From assembly GCF_018977255.1 (NCBI RefSeq), contig NW_024704761.1, forward strand, positions 186,001-250,000: DNA of 64,000 nucleotides, given 5' to 3'. Both the position numbers and the translations under genes were made by a program. Shown here piece by piece: positions 25,036 through 35,922 of the stretch. Numbering within the stretch: the stretch's first letter is position 1; each line of letters opens with the position of its first letter. This DNA comes from Callorhinchus milii (taxonomy: Eukaryota). The notes below the pieces were generated by a model, which saw only the letters and a list, made by a program, of their open reading frames with translations, made no database searches and was not told where the DNA came from.

Positions 25036-25809
25036 TTCTGTCAAAGGAAAGCGTAACCTGGTTGTCTTATCAGATTCACCAAAATGGAGGGAAGTTTGTA
25101 GGTAATGTTTGGTAACTTGCCGTTAGTTTCAGTAGCAAAACAATGGTAGACGTGACTCTCTCTGATAAACATGAATCCTGATTAGATTCTGATATCACTT
25201 CAGCATGAGGAATAAAAATAATCCTGCTAATTTGACTTTAAGTGGAATTTTGTCTCTTTATTCTTACAAGGAAGCTCTCAGCAACCAGGCTCCAACCGAA
25301 TTCATCGTCTAATTTAACCCCCAGCCCCCACAAAACCCCTCATGTTTGTAATGACACCGTGGGATCGAAGATTATACATCCTAAGACAGATATTATGTCG
25401 CATCCGAGAAACATCGATCCTGTGTAAGTTAGAATATAAATCCACAAGGATTCACCTGCATCACAGGTATGAGAAACATGGACCATCTACAGGAACACAT
25501 GAAAGAGAGAATGAGTGTCTGTGTTCTTGTGTCCTATTAATAGCATATTAACAAGTTGTGGTAATATGAAAACTAGGGCACTACAGGGTGCGTGGAACAA
25601 GATGGGAAATGAATATCCTCCACACGGGGTTGACAGAGTGTCAGTAAACCAGCAATATTCCAAACACAAGATCCAAATGCAGAAGTGGCTCTTGTAGGTT
25701 AATGAGGTGCTTCAGTGTGAATAAGTCTGTTCTGTACTCGCTCACAGCAAAAACTTCCAATTAGATAGTGCCTTTGTAGCTGAATTGACTGTATAATATG
25801 GGTATATTA

Positions 25810-26050
25810 TGCCCACACAATACATAGTCACTTGACAGTATATTCTGTGAAGCGCTTTGAGACGTCTCAACAGCGCGATAAGGCGCTCTATTAAATGCAA
25901 GGATTATTATTATTATTATAATAACGAATCTTGCATTTGATATTGCGTTTATAATATTGAGAATGTCTCAAAATGGTTCATCAAGTTTTTGTGAAGTGAC
26001 TGTGTATCTTGCAGCCAATTGATGCACAAGTCCCACGGAAACAGGGAAAC
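25810..26050. mobile_element. Two SINE tails joined tail-to-tail (inverted)
   Basis: A + tail ending ggattattattattattata is followed by ataacgaatcttgcatttgatattgcg (- tail). Confidence 0.82.
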
Positions 26051-26284
26051 GAATGAGCAACTTGCTCCTTCGTTTGACTGACTGAACCCTCAGCCACTAA
26101 TGGTGAGACAGAGCGAGCGGAGAACAAACAGTAGACATGAGTTGGCAGAACAAAGAGTTTCTGATGAAGTTACCAGATAGTTTAATCTGTTCCAATCTGT
26201 TTATCAACGCCACCGTTAAGTAATTAGCCTGAAAGCTATAAAACTGACAGGAAGATAGAAATTAGAGCACAGGATTGCCAGAAA

Positions 26285-26450
26285 TATAATAATAATAATC
26301 CCTGTATTTGACAGAGGGCCTTTCATGCCCGGAGGATATCTCAAAGCGTTTCACAGGATTTATTATATAATATATTATTATATTATTATTATACAGTGTA
26401 GTGACTGTTTTGTAGGCAAACAGACAACCAATTTGCGCCCAACGATATCG
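26285..26450 (-). mobile_element. SINE tail fragment
   Basis: aataataatccctgtatttg...tctcaaagcgtttcacagga...gtgactgttttgtaggcaaa. Confidence 0.8.
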
Positions 26451-26719
26451 CATATTATTCACAGGCTCTTTTAATGATAATGTCTGGTCTTATTGGGAAC
26501 AATTAACCCTCTCAGTGCAAACCAAAAGGTCCTTGGCCATTATTAATCAGGATGAAGGCATTCCTGTCTCTTTTCCTTTGGTCACCGAGTATTACTGAGC
26601 TCCCAAACAGATCATTTATTAACAGATGAAAATGCAATGCAAAAAAAAGTCTCTGTATTTTGAGCTTTATTGACCACACATCGTTGTCTATTGGAAACAC
26701 AAGGCACCTTAAAAAGAAA

Positions 26720-26915
26720 ACCATACGTAGTACAGAAGGAGGCCATTTGGCCCATCGTGCCTACGGAAGAGCTACCAACTAGTCCCACTCTCGCGCTCAC
26801 ACCATAGAGCAATTTTTTCAAGTACTGTATATATCCAATTCCTTTTTGAAAGTTATTACTGAATCTGTCTCCACCACCCTTTCAGACAGCACGTTCCAGA
26901 CCAATAACAACTCAT
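26720..26915 (-). mobile_element. CR1 LINE 3' end
   Basis: acagaaggaggccatttggcccatcgtgcc...gaatctgtctccaccaccctttcagacagcacgttccaga. Confidence 0.85.
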
Positions 26916-27447
26916 TTCCTGGACTATTCCTTCACTGGTTGAGGATAAATGTTTTTTTTAAAAAGAAAGTTATGCACGAATTCCACCATATCTGGTCAGA
27001 CCTGGATGGGGAATCGCGTCTCACAATCCACCGACACTTGCTGAGAAAGTTGTGGAGAAAGTGTGGTGTGAAATGTACCTGTTGTAACCTTTCACTTACA
27101 CCGTGTAGCTTTCAATCAGTTCCTCTCACTCTCCATCCCGAGGGGAAGCAGCAACAATCAGGTAAACTCCGTGTCAGACTCTCCGTGTCCTCTCCCCACA
27201 AGTGAAAAGTCAAGACACACAGTAAATGAGAGAAAAAGAAGTACAAAATAATCCGGTGTTAACTGTGCTGCGCCACGTTGCTAAGCAACCTCTATTAGCT
27301 CCCGATCTGTTTAACTTGCCCTCAAAATTATAAAAATAAGATTAAAAAAAAGTGTTTTTATTTTCTGTAAGCATGATAAAAATATCACGCAGTATCTAAC
27401 GATTGGAACAACGCACTAGTTACCATTTCTGGATAGAATTTCCTGTT

Positions 27448-27562
27448 ATGCCCACAAAGTACAGTCAATCTGCTTTACAGTATATTCTGTGAAGCGCTTT
27501 GAGACGTCTCGAACATGTGAGAAGGCGCTGTGCCAAATGGCAGCATTATTATTATTATTATT
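27448..27562 (+). mobile_element. SINE tail
   Basis: gcccacaaagtacagtcaat..tttacagtatattctgtgaagcgctttgagacgtctc...attattatt. Confidence 0.88.
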
Positions 27563-27784
27563 TGTTAAATTCACAATGCCCTTGGTGCCTGGGAATGGTT
27601 AAGCCCTAAACATGGGATGTTGCTGCCTCGCAGCCCCACATGCAAACTCTACCGCCAGATTTATTAAGCCTCTCAGTTAGGAGAATTCCCACCGGTTCCC
27701 CACACAGTCCCTTCGTATTCATCATTTATTAATATCAGTATCTGCTCGAGCAACAGAGGACACAACTAAATCAAAATAGATAAT

Positions 27785-28310
27785 TCCTCTCTCGCCCACA
27801 CCCAATCCCCTCTCTTCACCCCTCTAGCTCTCAAACCCCTCTCTCCCCTTCCTTCCTCCCCCTCCCCACTGTCCCTCCCCCTCTTCCCCCAACCCCTCTT
27901 CACCCCTCTTGCTCCCAAACCCGTCTCCCCTTCCTTCCTCCCCCCCCACTCCTCACTCTCCCTCCCCCCTCTTCCCCCTCCATCCCCCAACCCCCCTCTA
28001 GCTCCCAAACCCCTCCCCTTCCTTCCTCCCCCCCCCACTCCTCACTCTCCCTCCCCCTCTTCCCCCTCCATCCCCCAACCCCCTCTAGCTCCCAAACCCC
28101 TCCCCTTCCTTCCTCCCCCCACTCCTCACTCTCCCTCCCCCCTCTTCCCCCTCCATCCCCCAACCCCCCTCTTCACCCCTCTAGCTCCCAAAGCCCTCTC
28201 CCCTTCCTTCCTCCCCCCTCCCACTCCCCACTCTCCCTCCCCCCTCTCCCCCCAACCCCTTCCCTCCGCACTCCATCCATCAACCCCCCCCCCCCCCCCC
28301 CACTCCTTCT
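27785..28310. repeat. C-rich polypyrimidine minisatellite, unit about 85-105 bp
   Basis: The motif cctcactctccctccccctcttccccctccatcccccaaccccctctagctcccaaacccctccccttccttcctcccccc recurs at about 27951, 28040 and 28123, with degenerate copies on both sides. Confidence 0.92.
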
Positions 28311-28649
28311 TCGACATCAACTGAGATCAGCTCCATTTGCTTTCCATGAAGACTTCTCCCTGAGCTGTGAGTTTGATGTGGGGAATGGCTGAGGTGCTGT
28401 GTGGACAGTCAGTGGATCAGTCTCTCCAAAGTGGAAGCAGCCAATTGCATCTCTCCGGCTATTTGCAGATGGAATAAATACTCAGTGTCTGATCTCACAG
28501 AGAGGTTTATAATTATATATTTTTAAAAAAAGCTCCGTGTGTGTGTGTTGGTTAATGTTTCTTAATTAGAAGCCGGGGTGTTGCCAGACGGTGACGTGAA
28601 CTGGTTGGTGAGTGAGTGAGGAGTACCCAAACTGAGGGCTTTCAGCACT

Positions 28650-28757
28650 CCCTCTCCCTCTCTGTGTGTCTTCGGTCTCTCCATCTCTCCCTCTCCGTCT
28701 CTCCATCTCTGTGTCTCTCTGTCTCTCCATCTCCTTCTCTCCCTCTCTCTGTGTCTC
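28650..28757. repeat. (CT/GT)-rich microsatellite
   Basis: ctctccctctctgtgtgtc... low-complexity run up to the gap. Confidence 0.9.
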
Positions 28758-28944
28758 NNNNNNNNNNNNNNNNNNNNNNNNNNNNNNNNNNNNNNNNNNN
28801 NNNNNNNNNNNNNNNNNNNNNNNNNNNNNNNNNNNNNNNNNNNNNNNNNNNNNNNNNNNNNNNNNNNNNNNNNNNNNNNNNNNNNNNNNNNNNNNNNNNN
28901 NNNNNNNNNNNNNNNNNNNNNNNNNNNNNNNNNNNNNNNNNNNN
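28758..28944. other. Assembly gap (187 N)
   Basis: Run of N flanked by a CT microsatellite and GC-rich sequence. Confidence 0.99.
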
Positions 28945-30238
28945 CCGGAGGCAGCCGCCGCGGGGGGTGAGTACCAATCCCCCCCCACCCCCCCCCCGAT
29001 AAACCCAAGGGACACAGACCGCTGACAGACCCTCCCTCACTGACACAGTCCTGCACTAGTCACGGTGTCTTGGTCCCTATTTTAATATATTGCGTTCCCC
29101 CCAAAAAACATCCATTGTTTTTGCGACCGCGGATTTCAAACGCCCACAGAAAAGGGGCGATTTAGCCCCAATCTGAAGGCGTTGGACCAGCGCTGCCCAT
29201 CGGGACAGAGCAGTGAGAGGGGAACAGCGCTCAGTGGAACAGCTCTGAACCGCAGCGTTCAAGAATCCGGAGATTTGGGTTTGTTTTTACTGACAATCTT
29301 TCCTCTCGGGGCTGAGGCTGTGAGTTAGTATTCAGTGTGTGACCAGCGCTATCGTCTCTCTGCGCCCCCCTTCCCCCCCTCTCTCTCTCTCTCTCTCACA
29401 CACTCTCCCCCCCACCCCCCCCCCCCCACCCCACCCTTTCTCCCCAGTACAGTGTTTGGGTTGGGGCTGAGGCTGTGAGTTGGTGTTCAGTGTGTGGGGC
29501 TTTTCATCAGGAGCTGCTCTCTCTGTCTCTTATTCTCTCTCCTATTCTCTCTCTTGTTCCCCTTTTCCAGCAGAGCTGAACGGAGCAGCGGTGAACCAGA
29601 GAGGAAAAGCCACCGTGTGGGAGTGGGAGTGGGTGTCAAAAAAAAAATCTCCCGAAATATGGAAGAAAAACCTCTTTGAAACTTCCTGATCCAGAGCAGG
29701 GAGGAGAAAGGACAAGGAGAGAGGGAAGGAGGGAGGAGGAGGAGAGAGAGAGAGGAATTAAATCCACCTGAAATGGAATCCGTTGCATGAGAGAAAGGGG
29801 GGGGAGAGAGGGAGAGAGATCCCAAGATTATTTTTTTTTTGGGGGGGGGGGTGTGGGGGCTTTGAATGAGGAGAGAATCGAGAAGAAAAAGAAGCATCAT
29901 CGAATCGGCCTGCCGCAGTGACAGGGAACATCTCACACACGTGTAGATATATATATATATCACATTGCTGCCTCACACAGCACTGGGGGGGGGGGGGGGG
30001 GGCGTGTGTTGAGCACAGACACAGACAGAGAGAGAGACAGAGACACAGAGAGAGGGAAGGGGGAGAGAGAGAGAGAGAGTGAGAGAGCAATGCGGGAGGT
30101 GGTCTGTGTTGGAGGCGCCTTGGACCAGGGCAGGAGGAGGGAGCAGTAGGGAAGGAGCAGCGCGTCTGTGCGTCTTTGGAAAGGAAGATCATCGGAAGGG
30201 AACCGCGTCGCTCACTCCCAACCCACGACTCCAAAGAC
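28945..30238 (+). promoter_or_regulatory. Probable shisa6 promoter/5' UTR region (CpG-retaining, GA/CT-rich)
   Basis: Repeat-free and CpG-enriched relative to the background, directly upstream of the ATG. The TSS cannot be determined from sequence. Confidence 0.55.
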
Positions 30239-30804
30239 ATGCAGCACCTCCTGATATTCCTCATCTACCTGGACCCCCTGAACCTGCTGATCTGGGCCGA
30301 GAGGACTCGCAGCAGCAACAAGACCCTGGGCTCCCCCAGGCGCCAGGACTTGTCTCACCCCAGGGAGCAGCGGGTCAACTCCACGGCGGTGGTCCCTGTG
30401 CTGCAGATCAGCAGAATGAAGCCCCTGGTCCTGCAGAACTCGGAGAAGTGTCGGGGTCACTACGACGTGGCGGGACAGTGGGACCCGGACTTTGAGTGTA
30501 ACAAAACCTCCTACAATTACTGCTGTGGCACCTGCTTCATGCGTTACTGCTGTCAGGACAAGAACTACAAACTGGACCAGAACACCTGCAACAACTACGT
30601 GACCCCCAAACGCGAGCCTTCGCAAGTGACCACAGAGCCCGACCCCGACAAGTTCAAGGATGAATACGATCCGTCCAAAGACCAGACCAACACCACTGTC
30701 TACATCTCCTGTGGGGTCATCGCCTTTGTCATCGTGGCCGGAGTCTTCGCCAAAATCACCTACGACAAAGCCACCAGACCTCCTCGGGAAATGAACGTGT
30801 CCAG
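30239..30804 (+). CDS. SHISA6: Shisa6-like (CKAMP52) coding exon 1: signal peptide, cysteine-rich Shisa domain, transmembrane helix
   Basis: ATG at 30239 begins MQHLLIFLIYLDPLNLLIWA (signal-peptide-like). It is followed by the Shisa Cys motif CRGHYDVAGQWDPDFECNKTSYNYCCGTCFMRYCC...C, then TM VYISCGVIAFVIVAGVFAKI and YDKATRPPREMN, closely matching vertebrate SHISA6 as I recall it. Donor CAG|GTAAGG at 30804/30805, phase 2. Confidence 0.93.
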
Positions 30805-30839
30805 GTAAGGCGGCTGTGTTTCATATTAATAATACTATA

Positions 30840-31075
30840 GAGAATAATAATCCTGGCGCGTGACCCCCAGCGCCTGATCACGCCGTCGAGATGTCTCAAA
30901 GCGCTTCACGGGATATACTGGAAAGTGTAGTGATTGTGTGTCTTGTGGGCGAAACACGGCAGCCAATTGCGCCCAGCGACGTCCCCACAAACAGCCGTGG
31001 ATTGAGTGACCACATGTTTATTATTTTTTTGGAGGGATTATTACCCCCTGAAAGTGATCTGCCAATCCACCAGAT
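30840..31075 (-). mobile_element. CORE-type SINE 3' part, about 35 bp into intron 1
   Basis: aataataatcctggc...gtctcaaagcgcttcac...gggcgaaacacggcagccaattgcgc...ggattattacccc. Confidence 0.87.
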
Positions 31076-31269
31076 TTCTCTCTCTCTCTGGGGGCACTCG
31101 TAAAATATATCCTTTTTTTGTGTTTATTTAATGCCCCAATTTTAATGTTCCTCTGAGGCGCAGTGTGACACTTCTCTATCTGGTTGTCACATCAATAGTA
31201 GACATAGAGCAAAGCATCTGTTCTGAAATGGACAAGGTTCGCTTTTGGACAAGGGATGGAAGGCTGGAA

Positions 31270-31460
31270 AAATAATAATAACCCTTGCATTTGACACAGC
31301 ACCTCATCACGTCTTCTCGACGTCTCAAAGCGCTTCACGAATAGACTGTAAAGCAAATTGTCTGTATAGTTGTGGGTGAAATGTGGCAGCCAATGGCACA
31401 CAGCAGCGTCCCACAAACAGTCGTGGATTTTGAGTGACCAAATTGTTATTGTTTTTGTGA
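31270..31460 (-). mobile_element. SINE 3' part
   Basis: aataataataacccttgcatttg...cgtctcaaagcgcttcac...cagcgtcccacaaacagtcgtgga. Confidence 0.9.
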
Positions 31461-32410
31461 AGCCCAAAGCTCTTTTTTTTTAAAAAACATTTACCCTCAC
31501 CCTCAACCCTCCCCCCCCCCACCCAGAAAAAATCTGAGAGCTCAGAGGCCACATTTAAACAAAAATAAATGTACATGTGTACAATGCAATATAAATAATA
31601 AACCTGGCACTGAATAGGAGTCGTTCTGCACGGACCTGTCCTTCCGATGGTTAAATTGAACTTGGTAACCAATCTCTCTCACCCTAGGCACAGAGCAGAG
31701 CAAAGCAATGCAGATCCATTGATCTAATGAGCTCAGGCAGGAACTGAAACACTCTGGTGTTGGCTGGAGACGGTATGGCAGGAGATATCAGTAAAACCGC
31801 AGAAAGGCTTGTCTGGAATCTGTAGATGATACAGTGTGCGGATGGAACTGAGAACATTGACCATAAGCCCCTTTTATTACTGGTCTCTCGCGGGTTTTAC
31901 CTGCTAAACAAAAGAGATTCATCTCCCCAATCAATCAATCCTGAAACCTCATGTTATAACAAGCCGCTTCCCTAAAGTCAAGCAGATATGTAGACACTGG
32001 AGTAACAATAATTACATTGCCAGAGGGTCACTGACCTATTAAATCACCTTTATCAAAACATTAAGCAGCATGATCTGCAGTGAGTGAATGGCTTTTGTTG
32101 TGTCGGGGAAAGAAAGAACACACTACAATTTCCAAAGTGAAATGACAGTCCCTTTGTCTCCCACTTTGTTGGCAAATTATATTATATTGGATTAACGTCA
32201 GATTAGAAAGAGAACACATCAATTAATGTACAAACCACGATCGTGCCTCCACCACAAAACCCACCTCGCCATTCCGTGCACATAACCCAGCAGCTCACAG
32301 GTCAGGCTAATTTTGAATACCCGATTACCTATTTGGTTCAGGAATTTCATACCCTAACGTCAGCCGATGGAATGAGGGTCAAGGATTAAATGAAACCAGG
32401 TAAATGCAGA

Positions 32411-32640
32411 AACAACAACAACAACAACAAGATTCCATTTATAAAGCGCCTTTCACGTCAGGAGGACGTCCCAAGGCGCTGCACAGTTGGGTCATGACCC
32501 GAGCAGGGGGGAAATGGTCAGGGTGAGGGGAGGGAAGGGAGGGAGCGAGGAGGGGGGAAATGGTCAGGGTGAGGGAAGGGAGGGAGCAAGGAGGAGGAAG
32601 AGAGTCGAGAGGGGAGCTGAAGGCTCGGTCAAAGAGAAAA
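32411..32640 (-). mobile_element. L2 LINE 3' end with (TTG)n tail
   Basis: (aac)n aagattccatttataaagcgcctttcacgtcaggaggacgtcccaaggcgctg...gctgaaggctcggtcaaagag. Confidence 0.85.
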
Positions 32641-32792
32641 CGCCTCCTGTTGTAGGTTCTTATATAAATGACGTTGAGTTTGTAAAGATAGCAAGAGGTT
32701 GAACATTTTTTTTTCTTGCCGGAGGTTCTGGAACACGGAAGGCTTTGCTACGGGCACTGATTGAAGCTAAGACCCCAACAGCATTTGGAAGT

Positions 32793-33243
32793 GAGTTGTG
32801 CATCAGTCTGGCGCAGTGTGGAAACACTCTCGCCTCTGAGTCACAAGGTTTGTGTTCAAGCCTCCACGTCACGACTTGGAATGATGTAGTCCAAGCTGAC
32901 GCACCAATGCAGTGCTGGGGATGTGCTGTGTTGGAGCTGCCGTGCTTCGGATGACGCGTTAAACCGAATTCCCGGCTGCCTGTCCAGGTGGATGTTGAAG
33001 ATATCTTTTAACACTATTCAAAAAGAAAAGGGAGTTTTTGCTGGTTTCCTGGCCAACAATCCCCCAAATAAAACTGGCCACTCACTCTATTGTCTGTTTG
33101 TGGGACAGGGTTGTACGCAAACTGGCTGCCGTGTTTTGCCCACAAAATACTCAGTCGGTTCACTTTGCAGTATATCCTGTGAAACCCTTTGAGACGTCTC
33201 GATGACGTGATCAGGCACTTTATCATATGAAAGGATTATTATA
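32793..33243 (+). mobile_element. Deu-domain SINE, full length
   Basis: ctggcgcagtgtggaaacactctcgcctctgagtcacaaggtttgtgttcaagcc head, cttcggatgacgcgttaaaccga..caggtggatgtt domain, shared tail. Confidence 0.9.
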
Positions 33244-33789
33244 AGTATCCGCAAAGAACAATAGGAAAGGTTGTGGGGAGCGTGCAAGGCACTGAGAGTA
33301 GAGAAGGCTGCTGAGTGGAGAAGCTAACACCAGCACAGATGGGTTTCGATGGCTCACATGATCGTCTGTATTGTATTTTCTGCAGGAACGTACAGGATGG
33401 TCGTTTATTCTGTTAAATAATAGGAAGCAGTAAACTCCAGGGTTCTGATGACAGTTCATTGAGCCTTTGCTTACATTCAATTGCAATCAAATTATTTCAG
33501 TTTCTCACACCTTTCTCCCATTCATTGATTAACTCGCGTATTTGACCAGATAATAAGTAATAATCCTTGCGCTTGATATAGAATATTTCACATCGGAAGG
33601 ACACCTCAAGGTACTTCACAGGATATACTTTTAAGTGTAGTGACTGCGTATTTCATCACAGTCACTCACGACCATTATACATAGTGTGATGCAAATCACA
33701 GCAGCCTAGGATCGGTGGGGGACAGGGAGGAAATACTGTAGGAAAGAACTATATGACTGGTCTCATCATTAGTGACAAAAAACTAATAT

Positions 33790-34030
33790 TTAACCCTGTA
33801 CTACTCCATCTCTCAAGCCTCTCAATCAATCTCTTCATCAAGTAGCTAACTAATTCTCCCTTGAATTTACTGAGATAATCTACCTTCACCATCTCCCTGG
33901 ATATTCTATTACAAACATTCACTGTTCTTTGCTTAAGGTAATTAAATCCGAACTGTCTGCTCACCTTTCCTCTCCTGAGCTCCAATCAGTAACCCCATGT
34001 TCTAGTTTTTTGGACCATATTAAAACAATG
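33790..34030 (-). mobile_element. CR1 LINE 3' fragment
   Basis: Translation NYLKQRTVNVCNRISREMVKVDYLSKFKGEL resembles CR1 FFTQRVVNxWNxLPxEVV...FK. Confidence 0.75.
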
Positions 34031-35774
34031 CGATTTCGGTGGTTGATAAAATTTGAAGCAGCTTTATAATACAAGATGGTCGGATATAATATGGGGCTTT
34101 CTACACTAACGTTGCTGAGAGTTTATTGTTAGGAGGATCAATAACAATATACAGACCTCATAAATTTAACATGGATTCAAAGAATGTCTAACCACATGTG
34201 TTGGACTGCAGTTTACTTTCTCAAGACGCTGAAGTCAGGTCACAAACGTTCAATTCTTACATTGTTTTACACAAAACTTTTTCTTGAAAATGAGTCTTTT
34301 TATTAGGAGAAATTAAAAGTAAATTAAAGGATAATAAATAAGTGAGGATTTCCTAGCGGAAAGGATCAAAGGAGGATTTTTGGGGGGATTTCAAAGTTTC
34401 TTTCATTACTTTGTGAACTGATAACCCCAAAACGTCTTTCTCTCTCTCTCTCTCTCCAGTTCAGCTGGGTCACAGAAGCAACAGTTAGCCTAATGCACCC
34501 GTCACTAAAGACAGGCAGTGACAGCCTGAGGAAACACTTTGCTTAGGTTGCCCGCTGTGCTAGGATAGTAGGCACACTAATCTGCGGTTAAATCATTAAA
34601 TGGGTGTGGGGGGAGTCAGACGTTCTTTGACAGCTGTAGACAGCACAATTACAGTATTAACATTGCTCAACCTTTCAATTGAACGTCACCAAGTCCTTCT
34701 CCCTTAATCCCCATCATATGCTCATTGGGCACAATCATGATAATGTATTATTTCAATGATTGCAGCATTGCCTTCCAACTGATCAAACAATGTCCCGACC
34801 GGGACCGTGGCTGAGGTGGAATCCATACTTAGTTTTTAAGAGCAAATTAGATGCATTTCTATTCTTTTGGTCGCCCATAGTGTGTGTCTGACACACGTGG
34901 GAACCTGTCATATTACTTAAAGAGAATCCGAGCAGGACCCAGAGTTCCGTGCATGCCATCTACAAAGTGAAAATTCCCTCGTCTGGAATGTCAGATAAAT
35001 ATCAGAGCGAAATCTAAAAGGGTGTGTATGGTGGTGGGGGAGCAACAAGAGAAGGTGACCAAATGGGAGTCTTTTAGAGAACCAGCTGTGGTATAAATTT
35101 GTATGATTCTCTGCAATTCCAGTTATGGGGAACAGGTTCCCTAGGATGACAGGAGGAGGAACACTGAAGGCACAGGAGACTTGTGTGTGTGCTGGGCTGT
35201 TGCAGTTTACTGTGCAGACTAATTTGGAGAATTAATCAAGCTTTACAAACAGGCTCTAAATTAAACACATCCCCCAAGCACACATCCGTTGCAGAGAATA
35301 GAGTTCAAAGTCAATCAATATCCTCTTAGATTGATTGCTTTCAAACTTTCTCCCACACAGCCACAAAGCCTGGGCTTCAGGAGGTTAGAAATCTCACGCG
35401 ACCTAAACACCTTACCTCGAGACTCAGATTGCAATATCCTAAATCGTATTAAGCTGGACTGGGTTTGTAACCTTGGTTTCCAGCTACTCTGCCCCCACCC
35501 ACCCACAACTCTCATAATCCCACACAACCCAACAACCAGGATAATGTCATTATCAGCAGATAGCAGTGTAGCAGTTAGGTTGCTGGCTTGGCTCAATGCT
35601 TTGTGAAAATCATAAAAAGTTCTCAGATAATGGATGTTGGAGTTAGCCAAGGCACCAGCCTCGTTTCAGGCCACGTCAAACAATGGGAATGAGCCTTACG
35701 AGGGTTTAATAACATCATCTCAAGATTGTGTTGCAGTCGGGTCTTACTTCCCAACAACACAACGCAGTTTACAT

Positions 35775-35922
35775 TTAGAATTAGAAACAAAGAAACAGGA
35801 GGAGGCCATTCAGCCCCTCGAGCCTGTTCCACCATTCTTTAAGATCACGGCTGATCTGTACCTCAATTCCAATTACCCTCCCTTACCCCATATCCCTTGA
35901 TATCCTGACCTACAAACATCTA
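35775..35922 (-). mobile_element. CR1 LINE 3' UTR fragment
   Basis: gaaacaggaggaggccattcagcccctcgagcctgttccaccattc...atcacggctgatctgtacctcaattcc. Confidence 0.85.

Noticed and set aside
27766-29056. Gly/Glu/Arg-rich ORFs and X-containing ORFs
   Set aside because: Translations of the C-rich minisatellite, CT repeats and the N gap.
28380-29250. REST/RE1 site in the neural gene promoter
   Set aside because: Only half-site-like strings (ttcagcact, ggacagagc, gaacagcgc). No canonical TTCAGCACCnnGGACAG seen, though the gap could hide one.
30176-30238. N-terminal extension of the 210-aa ORF from a TTG start
   Set aside because: Artefact of a non-ATG start. The ATG at 30239 directly begins a signal peptide.
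30079-30625. Overlapping ORFs 30079-30495 (+) and 30212-30625 (-)
   Set aside because: Alternative-frame and antisense shadows of a GC-rich coding exon, with no recognisable protein features.
30239-30804. Assignment to SHISA7, SHISA8 or SHISA9
   Set aside because: The TM and juxtamembrane sequence, exon 2 and exon 3 resemble SHISA6 most closely as I recall the paralogues. A phylogeny would confirm this.
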